Program-made: the position numbers and the translations under genes
Assembly (NCBI RefSeq): GCF_902713615.1
Contig: NW_024055487.1
Location: 329,500 to 376,510 of the forward strand
From: Scyliorhinus canicula
Taxonomy: Eukaryota
Reading direction: 5' to 3'
Length of the DNA stretch: 47,011 nucleotides
Notes under the pieces: generated by a model
Database searches by the model: none
What the model was told of the DNA's origin: nothing
What the model saw: the letters and a program-made list of their open reading frames with translations, nothing else
Shown here: positions 11,001 to 20,669 of the stretch, one piece after another
Layout of the letters: every line of letters starts with the position of its first letter
Numbering within the stretch: the stretch's first letter is position 1

Positions 11001-11172
11001 GCCTGCTTTCTCAGCTGGTGGGCCAACAGGCGGCTGGCTTTGTCTCCGTGTTCGTATAGGGCCCCGCGTGCCTGGCGGAGTTGGTGTACTGCTTTCCTGG
11101 TGGAGAGCAGGTCAAAGTTCCTTTGTAATTCTTTTCTCTCCGCCAGGAGTTCTACAGTCGGGGCCTCGGAGT
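8081..11172 (-). mobile_element. Young 5'-truncated L1-clade LINE
   Basis: Poly(A) at 8081-8090, AATAAA at 8100-8105, 15-bp TSD catcgagggcatctt (8066-8080 and 11173-11187), target tttc/AAGA resembling the L1 TT/AAAA preference. Confidence 0.93.
8349..11172 (-). pseudogene. L1 ORF2 (RT + CCHC domain; APE domain absent)
   Basis: KAPGPDG, YRPISLLN, LDAEKAFD, RQGCPLSP, YADD, and C-terminal CERC..H.FWSC; a single frameshift in the C15 run at 9902-9916. Confidence 0.92.
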
Positions 11173-12812
11173 CATCGAGGGCATCTTGAAACCCATCGTA
11201 CAAGGTACACCCAGCTTCTGTCGCGACACGACGGACTTCCTACAGAAACTCAGCACCCATGGACCAGTTGAACCAGGAACATTCCTCGTCACAATGGATG
11301 TCTCGGCACTCTACACCAGCATCCCCCATGACGACGGCATTGCTGCAACAGCCTCAGTCCTCAACACCGACAACTGCCAATCTCCAGACGCAATTCTGCA
11401 ACTCATCCGTTTCATTCTAGACCACAACGTCTTCACCTTCGACAACAAATTCTTCATCCAGACGCACGGAACAGCCATGGGGACCAAATTTGCACCTCAA
11501 GATGCCAACATCTTCATGCACAAGTTTGAACAGGACTTCCTCACCACACAGGACTTTCAACCGATGCTATACACCAGATACATCGATGACATTTTTTTCC
11601 TTTGGACCCACGGCGAGACATCACTGAAACGACTACACGATGACATCAATAAGTTCCATCCCACCATCAAACTCACCATGGACTATTCTCCAAATTCAGT
11701 TCCATTCTTGGACACACTCGTCTCCATCAAGGACGGTCACCTCAGCACCTCGCTTTACCGCAAGCCCACAGATAATCTCACGATGCTCCACTTCTCCAGC
11801 TTTCACCCGAAACACATTAAAGAAGCCATCCCCTATGGACAAGCCCTCCGTATACACAGGATCTGCTCAGACAAGGAGGAGCGCAACAGACACCTACAGA
11901 TGCTGAAAGATGCCCTCGTACGAACGGGATATGGCGCTCGACTCATTGATCGACAGTTCCACCGCGCCACAGCAAAAAACCGCACCGACCTCCTCAGAAG
12001 ACAAACACGGGACACCACTGACAGAGTACCCTTCGTCGTCCAGTACTTTCCTGGGGCGGAGAAACTACGACATCTTCTTCGCAGCCTCCAACACATCATC
12101 AGCGAGGATGGACATCTTGCCAAGGTCATCCCCACACCCCCACTACTGGCCTTCAAACAACCGCGCAACCTCAAACAAACCATTGTTTGCAGCAAATTAC
12201 CCAGCCTTCAGAACAGCAACCACAACACCACAAAACCCTGCCAGGGTAATCTCTGCAAGACATGCCAGATCATCGACATGGACACCACCATTACACGTGG
12301 AAACACCACCCACCAGGTACGCGGCGCATACTCGTGCGACTCGACCAATGTAGTCTACCTCATACGCTGCAGGAAAGGATGTCCCGAAGCGTGGTACATT
12401 GGCGAGACCATGCAGACACTGCGACAACGAATAAACGGGCATCGTGCGACTATCAACAGGCAGGACTGTTCCCTTCCAGTTGGGGAACACTTCAGCAGTC
12501 AAGGACATTCAGCCTCTGATCTCCGGGTCAGCATTCTACAAGGAGGCCTTCAGGAGACGTGACAACGCAAAATTGCTGAGCAAAAACTTATAGCTAAGTT
12601 CCGCACGCATGAATGCGGACTCAACCGGGATCTGGGATTCATGTCGCATTACATTCGGCCCCCACCAACAAGCCTGGACTTGCAGAGGCCTACCGACTGA
12701 ACTGGCTTGGGACAATTCACACCTCTTTAACCTGGAGTTACCTCTCTCTCTGCATCTTTGATGATTTGATTGCCTGCAGGTGCTCGCATTCCGGGGCATC
12801 TCTGACTGTGTC

Positions 12813-12820
12813 TATATAAA
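12813..12820 (+). promoter_or_regulatory. TATA-like box in pLTR (also 229-236, 3213-3220, 6197-6204 on the minus strand)
   Basis: TATATAAA ending about 22 nt upstream of hammerhead stem I. Confidence 0.45.
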
Positions 12821-12842
12821 CATTTCTGGAACAAGCCTCTCC

Positions 12843-12886
12843 ATTCACCTGAAGAAGGAGCCGTGCTCCGAAAGCTCGTGTTTGAA
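12843..12886 (+). ncRNA. Minimal type I hammerhead ribozyme in pLTR (copy 4)
   Basis: attcac CTGAAGA A GGAGC cgt GCTCC GAAA GC TC gtg; predicted cleavage after C12877. Confidence 0.85.
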
Positions 12887-12933
12887 ACAAACCTGTTGGA
12901 CTTTAACCTGGTGTTGTAAGACTTCTTACTGTG

Positions 12934-13154
12934 CTCCAGAAGGAAGTCACTGCACCAGGTCCGCCACACACATAGAGACAAGGCCAGTCGCATGCTGGAG
13001 CACCAGCTCAGAAAACAAGGAGCCGCAAAAGAGAAAGCGCAAGTTAGGACCAGAAATTGCAGGTTGGCAGCAGACGTAATCGAGATTAAAGTGGTCTTTG
13101 GAAACTTTTACTGAGGGCTATACACCTCCGATCCCTCAGAAAGCGACTTGGGGA
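12934..13154 (+). pseudogene. Old L1 ORF2 relic, right half (includes the right TSD at 12934-12945)
   Basis: Degenerate translation ..DKASRMLEHQLRKQGAAKEKAQVR..GLYTSDP matches DKASRLLAHQLRKQAASREIAQIR..ELYTSEP. Confidence 0.8.
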
Positions 13155-13330
13155 TTCTCTTTCTTAAAAAATAATTTTTATTGGAATTTTTTGAAAAACA
13201 TATATCAACAGAACAATAACAATAATAAACACCCCCGGCACCCGTAACAAAGCCACCCCCCCCCCCCCCACCTCCCGAACCCAAAAAACAACAAAATAAA
13301 TTAACAAGAAGCAAATTAACTTAAACACTA
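13155..13330 (-). mobile_element. 3' end remnant of an L1/Tx1-like element
   Basis: A-rich tail with AATAAA on the minus strand, followed by a G-rich 3' UTR like that of the 8081 element. Confidence 0.5.
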
Positions 13331-13339
13331 TCCTGCAAC

Positions 13340-14140
13340 TTACTGCGTATGCGTCAATGGGAATGAAAAACAGAAAACACAGGACAGTCTCAGCTGGTCT
13401 GACAGCCTCTATGGAGAGAGATGGCAAGTGTCATTTCGAGTCTGGGTGACTCTTTGTCGAAGCTGGACAACTGGATCTTTGGTCAGGTGTAGACTGGCGG
13501 TGTGGGGGGGAGCGTGAAGCGTTGGGCCTCGACAGACGGCCAGCGATGGGTGGAGAATAACAAAAATGTGTTGGGTCGAAAGAAAAAGGGAATATAAATG
13601 TTTCTAATCAGTGTTAAGAACTGTGCTGATAGAGGCGATTAGAAGATTAGAATGTGTTAATGGCAGATGACAATGAGGAACAAGGGGCGGATTTCCCAAG
13701 AGGGATGCGATTGGCTAGGGGAATGGGGAGGGGGAAGCAATGGGAGAGGAAGACATATCAATGGAAGCAATGAAAATAAGTTGATGGAAATAAACATGTG
13801 GTGAAGTGGGAAGAGTGATTTCACGGTACGAAGTTGTTGAGCGTACTGTAAAATCCGCAAGGCTGTACCGTGCCTATTCAGACGATGGGGGCTGTTCCTC
13901 GGCGTTGTGCTGAGCGACATGGGAACATTGCCGCAGGCCATGATCGGACATGTGGACATGAGAGCAGGACAGTGAGTTCAAATAGCAAGCGACAGGAGAG
14001 TCTGCCACCAGCTTGTCGATGGAGCGAAGGTGTTTTCCAAAGCGGTCACCCAGTCGGCATTTAGTCTCTCCAATGCAGAGAAGATGGCATTGGGATCAGC
14101 AAATGCAACAGGCCAGATTGAAGGCTGTCTGAAAGTAACG
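13340..14140 (-). mobile_element. Decayed 3' part of a second Penelope family (GIY-YIG end + pLTR)
   Basis: Minus strand reads ..CHLLCIGETKCRLGDRFGKHLRS..SPVACYLNS.., a degenerate GIY-YIG; hammerhead-like relic near 13430-13465. Confidence 0.75.
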
Positions 14141-14529
14141 TGTACTCAAAAGGACAGACACAAACGATACTGTAACTGACTTAGAGGAAATGCCAGAGAC
14201 TTAACTGAACCAGCATTGGGAAAGTAAAAACGGTTTTCCTGATGGAGAAACAGGAAAAGCCAGTGTGGGAATCCAGGCTCAAAGTTGATTTACAATTATC
14301 CCCCCTTTCTTCCACATGAACGGTATTTAGGCTGCAGCATTTTACACACCAAAACACAAAGAGGTCAAATATAAGAAACACATAGTTGTCAATTCTTAAA
14401 CTCAACTCAAGCATTGAATAAGGAAACAAATATTGTGTAAAGTCGGTTGTTTTTTTCTGTAGGATTTAAGAATGCTGCATTAATAATAGAAGAGAGCATT
14501 TCGCCGTTAGAGATTTGCTGAACAAATTG

Positions 14530-14711
14530 AAATGAGATGAAATCAAAATTACTTATAGTCACGAGTAGGCTTCAATGAAGTTACTGTGAAAAGCCCCTTG
14601 TCGCCACATTCCGGCGCCTGTTCGGGGAGGCTGTTACGGGAATCGAACCGTGCTCCTAGTCTGCTTGGTCTGCTTTCAAAGCCAGCGATTTAGCCCTGTG
14701 CTAAACAGCCC
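14530..14711 (-). mobile_element. Short tRNA-derived SINE
   Basis: Reverse complement of the SINE at 43414-43623 (gggctggtttagc..gttcgattcccgta..ggggcttttcacagt, (tttca)n tail). Confidence 0.8.
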
Positions 14712-14891
14712 ATTAAGTTCTTCATTTGAATATAGGTTCTTCTACTGGCTTGTAAGTTTAGACATCTGTTTTAAAGAAATAGACGTGTTCTTGTAAGAAG
14801 TGACATGGCCTCTCAGCCGAACCATGCGAAGCTGCAACAAGGCAGTTGAGTTGAAGGTGGCACAGGTCCGTTGGCGCTTGCGTTGCCAGCT

Positions 14892-14957
14892 GTTTCTGTA
14901 GTGTAGTGGTTATTACATTCGCATTACACGCAAATGGTTCGAAACCGGGTAGAAACA
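14892..14957 (+). pseudogene. tRNA-Val pseudogene (TAC), variable loop/T-stem deleted
   Basis: gtttctgtagtgtagtggtt..gttcgaaaccggg; 66 nt instead of 73. Confidence 0.8.
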
Positions 14958-15051
14958 TCTGGTGTGTCCAGTTTAGTCTGTCGCTAAATATTACCTCAAT
15001 CTCGTAACTGGTCTTTATCATCGAGGAATAACAGAAGCCTATAACTGCTGT

Positions 15052-15124
15052 GGGCCAGTGGCGCAATGGATAACGCGTCTGACTACAAATCAGGAGATTC
15101 CAGGTTCGACTCCTGGCTGGCTCG
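15052..15124 (+). tRNA. tRNA-Arg(ACG)-type gene with the anticodon changed to ACA
   Basis: Matches the vertebrate Arg-ACG body (GGGCCAGTGGCGCAATGGATAACGCG..GGTTCGACTCCTGGCTGGCTCG); loop CT-ACA-AA; all stems pair; TTTT about 10 nt downstream. Confidence 0.8.
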
Positions 15125-15424
15125 CAGTTCGTAGTTTTGGCGTCCCCTTTAGTTCAGTGGGTCGGACAGCTGGTTCCCGATGCAGAGCAAATTGAGCAGG
15201 GCATCATCAATTCTCGTTTCAGCTGTGGTTAATTATGAAAGCCCTGCCCTCTCAATTGAACTTCAAGCAAAACATAACTTATCTCCAGTTCAGCAAAGTT
15301 CAATATCTGATCCTTTGATAAGTTGAGACATCAGTTTTAAAGGAACGGCTTCTTCCAATAACTTGCATGGCCTCTCAGCGGAACCGTTAGAAGCTGCAAC
15401 CGTTAGAAGCTGCAGCCCCGAGCA

Positions 15425-15497
15425 GTTTCTGTAGTGTAGTAGTTATCACATTCGCCTAACACGCGAAGGGTCTCCTGTTCGAGACCGGGCAGATACA
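15425..15497 (+). pseudogene. tRNA-Val(AAC), probable pseudogene
   Basis: Full 73 nt, but with an acceptor T-T mismatch, a T-stem mismatch and loss of G18. Confidence 0.75.
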
Positions 15498-15789
15498 TCG
15501 CGTGCTTCTCATTTTGTGTGACGAATGTCTGCACAAAATACCTTTCTTCCTCAAACTCGCACGTTCGAGGAACATGAGATTTGGTCTCTCATGAGATATT
15601 AAAATTCCTGCAACAATGTCAGAAATACGGAATTTTCAAGACGCCGGGGGAAGAAAAACCTTCCCTATTTTGCCACGATTCGGATATTAGCAGTTTGTTC
15701 ATCCACCACAGAATCTATCGGGTTTACTGATGCAGATGAACATATTTAATCACCATTTCAAACATTTCTAAAAGTACGATAAAAGCAAC

Positions 15790-16310
15790 TTACTGCGGAT
15801 GGGTCAATGGGAAACAAAAACAGAAAACACAGGACTGTCTCATCAGGTCTGACAGCCTCTGTGGAGAGAGATGGCAAGTGTCGTTTCGAGTCTGGGTGAC
15901 TCTTTGTCGAAGCTGGACAACTGGATCTTTGGTCAGGTGTAGACTGGCGGAGTGTGTGGAGGACGTGTTGGGGGGGGGGGGGGGGGAGAGGACGTGTTGG
16001 GGGGGGAGGACGTGTTGGGGGGGGGGACGTGTTGGGGGGGAGGGGGGGTGGGAGCGTGAAGCATTGGGCCTCGACAGACGGCCAGCGATGGATGGGGAGT
16101 AACAAAAATGTGTTGTGTCGAAAGAAAAAGGGAATTTAAATGTTTCTAATTAGTGTTAAGAACTGTGCTGACAGAGTCGATTAGAAGATTAGAATGTGTT
16201 AATGGCAGATGACAATGAGGAACAAGGGGCGGATTTCCCAAGAGGGATGCGATTGGCTAGGGGAATGGGGAGGGGGAGACAATGGGAGAGGAAGACATAT
16301 CAATGGAAGC
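15790..16310 (-). mobile_element. Penelope family-2 tail relic (paralog of 13340-13800)
   Basis: High similarity to 13340-13780; with the upstream Val gene it forms a diverged inverted copy of the tandem unit. Confidence 0.7.
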
Positions 16311-16669
16311 AGTTTGTTCATCCGCCACAGAATCTTTTGGGTTTACAGATGCAGATGAACATCTTAATCACCATTTCAAACATGTCTAAATGAACAACTG
16401 CTCCCTATCCACCCTGCCATGCCCCTCATAATCTTGTACACCCAAAACTATGCAACGTCTCTTCATAACATAAATGGGCGAAGCATGTCCCTGATCTGCG
16501 TGGGAATCGAACAGAAGACATGTCGTGTCAACAGAAACTTCAGGGATTTTCGATCGACAACTTGATTTCTATTAAAGTCTAAACCTGGCACCATGTGCTT
16601 CCCATGTCCCAACTGATAGTAATTCTCATGTTGCTCGGCGGTTATTATACATTAAGCGTACATTGTCGT

Positions 16670-16977
16670 AATAATAATCTTCACTAGTGTCATAAGTAGG
16701 CTTACATTAACACTGCAATGAAGTTACTGTGAAAATTCCCGAGTCACCACACTTCGACCCCTGTTCAGGTACACAGAGGGAGAATTCAGAATGTCCAATT
16801 CACCTAACAGCACGTCTTTTCGGGACTTGTGGGAGGAAACCGGAGGACCCGGACGAAACCCACGCAGACACGGGGAGGACGTGCAGACTCCGCACAGATA
16901 GAGAACCATGCCGGGAATCGAACGCGGGTCCTAGGAACATGAGGCAGCAGTGCAACCCACTGAACCACAGTGCCGCC
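16670..16977 (-). mobile_element. HE1-related tRNA-derived SINE
   Basis: Contains the core tgggaggaaaccggag..aacccacgcagacacgggg and B-box GTTCGATTCC on the minus strand. Confidence 0.85.
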
Positions 16978-17179
16978 TATTAAGTACCTTGTACATTTTG
17001 TACCGCAGCACGTATTGATGCATTCTGCATTTCGCTAAAAGAACAGGTAACGAGGAGTCTTTGTCCTTGGACTTTCTGCGAGAGCAGGCCATGATTTTCG
17101 TCCATCTCCTCAGTTGAGTGCTACCCTCTGCTGGTAGGTAGATATTCTGATTTTAAAGTTACAATAAAATTTGCGGTAT

Positions 17180-17282
17180 GATAGACCATAATAAGACCAT
17201 AAGACCATTAGACATAGGAGCAGAATTAGGCCACTTGGCCCATCGAGTCCGCTCTGCCATTCAATCATGGCTGATATTTTCA
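17180..17282 (-). mobile_element. 3' tail of a CR1/L2-type LINE or SINE
   Basis: (ataagacc)n tail followed by aggccac..ggccc..gagtc..gctctgccattcaat. Confidence 0.55.
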
Positions 17283-17432
17283 ACCATAGCTCTCAAGATT
17301 TCCCAAACTATTCCTCTCTTGATCTGCACAAGCACAGAGATATGTCCGGTAAATAGACCTGATTGCTTGCCTGAGCCTGGGATCAATTCCTTCTCGGAAA
17401 GGAACCTCAGTGATGCTGTAAACACTCACTCA

Positions 17433-18159
17433 GGGTTGTGTACGGGGCTTTAGGTTTTCTCGAACGAGTGTGCAGTAATAGACCACCCCGTCCTCCACAT
17501 CGAATGCGCTTATACTGAGGTAACCGATCTGTTTAGATTTGTCAGCAAACGCCAGATATCGTCCTGAACCCACATCTTTCTTCATTGCTGAGTTGTTGGT
17601 GATAATCCATCTCGGTGGCTGTGCCGGTTTCTCCTGATATCATTGCATTTTGTACATGTTGGGGCCTTTATATTGGCAATTTAACTTCACCGAAGCCCCT
17701 TCTGAGACTGTTATTGTCACTGGTGACTGAGCTACTGGATTGCACATTGCCGGCCTGCGAAAGTGAAGGACTGAAATGAACAGATTGTTGTTCCTTTATA
17801 AAGTTAGAGTTTGCTCAACTAAGAGGTGCTTTTTAGCGTGTCCACTCCACTTAGCCTGTACATCTAGGTTGTGGGAGTGAGAATGTTCACGGACAGTGAT
17901 CTGGGACCGGACCCGTGTCCTCAGTGCAATGAGGCAGCAGTGCCAACCATTGCGCCACAGTGCCGCCCTGAGTTTAAACAGAGTTGATATAAATCTACTT
18001 GTATCTGCGGCATTTTCAGGGACCTCTGATGCAGGCACTTCATAGACATTCCCGATCGTTAATTATACTCTAGCCTATGTGTATTAATATGCTAATCTGG
18101 TTTAATTAACACTATAACTACTTACTGTGCCAAAGCGCCGCCAGTATTATCACAACCAT
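17433..18159 (-). pseudogene. TCR alpha/delta-type V pseudogene (leader 18126-18159, V exon 17472-17754, RSS 17433-17472)
   Basis: Leader MVVIILAALWH with a gtaagt donor. V exon reads NPVAQSPVTITVSEGASVKLNCQY..MQ*YQEKPAQPPRWI..GYLSISAFDVEDGVVYYC. Conserved Trp is TGA (17640-17642) and leader and V exon are out of frame. RSS is CACACTC-24-ACACAACCC. Confidence 0.85.
17830..17968 (-). mobile_element. Internally deleted HE1-like SINE in the V intron
   Basis: gaggcagcagtgccaaccattgcgccacagtgccgccc is the reverse complement of the SINE head. Confidence 0.7.
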
Positions 18160-18255
18160 GTCTGACTGAATCTCTCCCAGTGAACTGAACTGAACTGAGT
18201 CAGGGATTGTGTAGGAGAGAGGGAACTTCGTGCAGTGCAGGGACAGGGTCTATTG

Positions 18256-18265
18256 TGACATCACT
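18256..18265 (-). promoter_or_regulatory. CRE-like TCR V promoter decamer AGTGATGTCA
   Basis: Exact match to AGTGA(T/C)(G/A)TCA about 97 bp upstream of the leader ATG. Confidence 0.6.
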
Positions 18266-18812
18266 CGCCTCCCATCCTATCGGCTTGGCCGACACCATCA
18301 GGTGAGTTTGTGACGCCCGTGCTTGAATTTGGCGCCCTCTGCTGCCGGATTCGGTTTACTCCGTGTTAGAATTCGGCTGTTGAGTGGATTCAGTGTTGAC
18401 TGCAATGCATATCAGGACGGGAAACCTAGACAGAAATCTAAATTTCAGCTGTTTATACACTATCTTTGTCACTATAGGTGTTTCTAATCAAAAAATGATG
18501 CTTAATCTGTGCAAATCATCCCTGGAGTTCTCGGTTCACATCATGGATGCGACGAAATCGAAACAATGCCAAGACTTTGGAGGACATGCGGACGTTAGAA
18601 CTCAGAATAATAGCAGGGCTCAACAGACTAGTTTTCTTTATTTTGGTTCTGAACATCGCTTTTTTCAGAGGCCAGATTGTCTGGAATTATTTTCATTAGG
18701 TTAAAATTCATGAAGGTTAAATGTCCTCTGAAGAAGATAGGTGGATGATATTTCATGCAATAAGTGTTTGTGAGATAATGAAACGTTACAGAGGACTTTA
18801 AATGGATTACCG

Positions 18813-18884
18813 AGGCACGGGCGGGATCTGAACACGCGATTTTTGGTTTACGAAACCAACGCCTTTCCTCTTGGCCACCTCACC
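18813..18884 (-). pseudogene. tRNA-Thr(CGT), degenerate
   Basis: GGTGAGGTGGCCAAGAGG..TTCGTAA..CCCGTGCCT resembles vertebrate Thr-CGT; T-loop and stems are damaged. Confidence 0.75.
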
Positions 18885-19107
18885 TTATGCAAGTAAATCA
18901 TGTTGATTGCACTGTGAGTTGTTATCATTTGGAGTCTGGCGCAACAATTGGCGAGAGAAGAAGAATCAATAGAACATTTCAAAAGGTATTGTCAGAACTT
19001 GAGAACGGAAAACCCCGCGGGATTTATATGCAGGGTGAAAAGGCAGCGATTTAGCCCTGTCCTAAACAGCCCCAAAAAACATATCATCCAGGAGTGGAAC
19101 ATCAATT

Positions 19108-19124
19108 CGTCTCTGGGTGGGATC

Positions 19125-19181
<57 letters not shown>
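19108..19181 (-). tRNA. tRNA-Asn(GTT)
   Basis: Canonical vertebrate Asn sequence; D, anticodon and T arms are perfect, with one acceptor mismatch (C6-A67). Confidence 0.88.
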
Positions 19182-19484
19182 GACAACAGGATTACAACTC
19201 TGTGCATTTCAACAGTGACGGCCAATTCTCTGATTGCCAGGGACCGAATGAGAATGCTGGCAATATTGGTCCCCTGAGGCAGTGCGGAAAATATCTGGAA
19301 GGAGAGTACACATGGTCCCGCGGGCATAAAAAACGGTTTTTAATGAAAGGTGATGGTGAAAGACGAATTTTGTTGTCCTGTCGACAAATGCCGCCTGACT
19401 CCCTGAGATGTTGCAGTACTTTTGGCGTTCTCCGCAGATGTTAGATTGATTTTCGATGGCAATGACATTAGCTTTTTTCGCGGG

Positions 19485-19574
19485 GGCTCGTTGGTCTAGG
19501 GATATGATTCTCGCTTTGGGTGTCTAGCTGTCGGAATTTGTGAGAGGTCCCGGGTTCAAATCCCGGACGAGCCC
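19485..19574 (+). tRNA. tRNA-Pro(TGG) with 18-nt intron (19521-19538)
   Basis: Canonical Pro exons, anticodon 19517-19519, all stems pair, TTTT terminator about 10 nt downstream. Confidence 0.85.
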
Positions 19575-20164
19575 TTCGATGAGGTTTTCCGTTGGTCAAG
19601 TAAGATGTTTTCTTCATTTCTTTGCGGTGCAGACGGCGGGATTCATTCACATTGGGTTTGCTTTGAGAAGCTGAGCTCAAACTGCATGGATCCAACACGT
19701 TCCCGAGAAGCTTGTCTATGTGTGGGCGTTCACATTTCTATTGACTAATTCTGGTGGACTCAGACAGCTTTTTGTCCCTTTCATTTTATCAGTTCAACAA
19801 CTTCAGACTGAACTCTCACTTCCCCCTCCACTACATGTTTTTTCCATCAACTTTTCATTCCTTTTCATTAAAACAAATATGTTTTATCCTCAACATTGCC
19901 CCCCTCCACCCAGCCCATACCATCCTACTTGATCAATCAGATCCCTGTTTGTAATTGTTCTCTGACGCACTGCTTACCTTTGTTCTGCCATTAACACATT
20001 CTGACCGCTTGATGCGCCACCAGCACATTTCATAGCCTTGATTAGCCTCATTTGCATTCCCCTTTTCTTTCTGCCCGAGACATTTTCTATCGAGGCCCAA
20101 TACAGCACGCCGCCACCCCCACCCCCCCATCCACAATCGTCTGAATCTCCAGTTCCAGTTCTCC

Positions 20165-20203
20165 AGCTTTGACAAAGAGTCCACTTGACTGGAAACGACA
20201 GCT
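20165..20203 (+). ncRNA. Hammerhead-like relic of Penelope family 2 (also 22807, 25247, 27680, 33356)
   Basis: AGCT-TTGACAA-A-GAGTC/cactt/GACTG-GAAA-CG-AC-AGCT: the same layout as the active-looking ribozyme, but with U16.1 lost. Confidence 0.55.
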
Positions 20204-20596
20204 GCCATTTCGCTCCCCAGAGGCTGTCAGACCTGCTGAGATTATCCAGTATTTTCTGTTTTTGTTTCGTTTGAAGCAGTAAGTTGCATTTTTCATACAT
20301 TTAGACATGTTTGAGATGGTGATTAAATATGTTCATTTGTAAATCGCTGAAATTCTGTTGTGGATGAACTCGCTGCTAATATCCGAGGTGTGCCAAGATA
20401 TGAAAATTCTTCACCTCTCATTGCCTGCCGAAAATTCAGTGCTTGGGCCTTAGTGTTCAATTCAGTGCAGTAGCTCATGTAAGACGAAATTTCATAGTCC
20501 TGGAACACACGAGGTTCCGGCAACATTCAGGAAACAGAATTATTTTGTGCCCAATAATTGTGCAAACTTTTCTCACACGAAATGCTAAATGTTCGA

Positions 20597-20669
20597 TGTT
20601 TCTGCCCGGTTTCGAACCGGGGACTTTTCGCGTGTGAGAGGAATGTGATAACCACTACACTACAGAAAC
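20597..20669 (-). pseudogene. tRNA-Val(CAC), anticodon stem damaged
   Basis: Val body; anticodon stem TTCCT/GCGAA has a C-C mismatch. Confidence 0.75.

Larger units (their letters stand above)
82..12936. mobile_element. Composite Penelope-like element insertion: tandem minus-strand units plus an inverted plus-strand arm
   Basis: 2984-bp periodicity over 82-7583, reverse-complement arm at 7664-12936 (interrupted by L1), pseudo-LTR sequence at both outer ends, 12-bp TSD. Confidence 0.92.
11173..12936 (+). mobile_element. Remainder of the plus-strand Penelope arm, ending in pLTR
   Basis: RT and GIY-YIG coding sequence with a premature TGA at 12560-12562, then the 3' UTR/pLTR up to the TSD. Confidence 0.92.

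Noticed and set aside
20-12993. Dozens of 60-180 aa ORFs overlapping the Penelope and L1 ORFs, recurring in each copy
   Set aside because: They are alternative-frame or antisense shadows of the long ORFs and recur only because the DNA is duplicated; no motifs.
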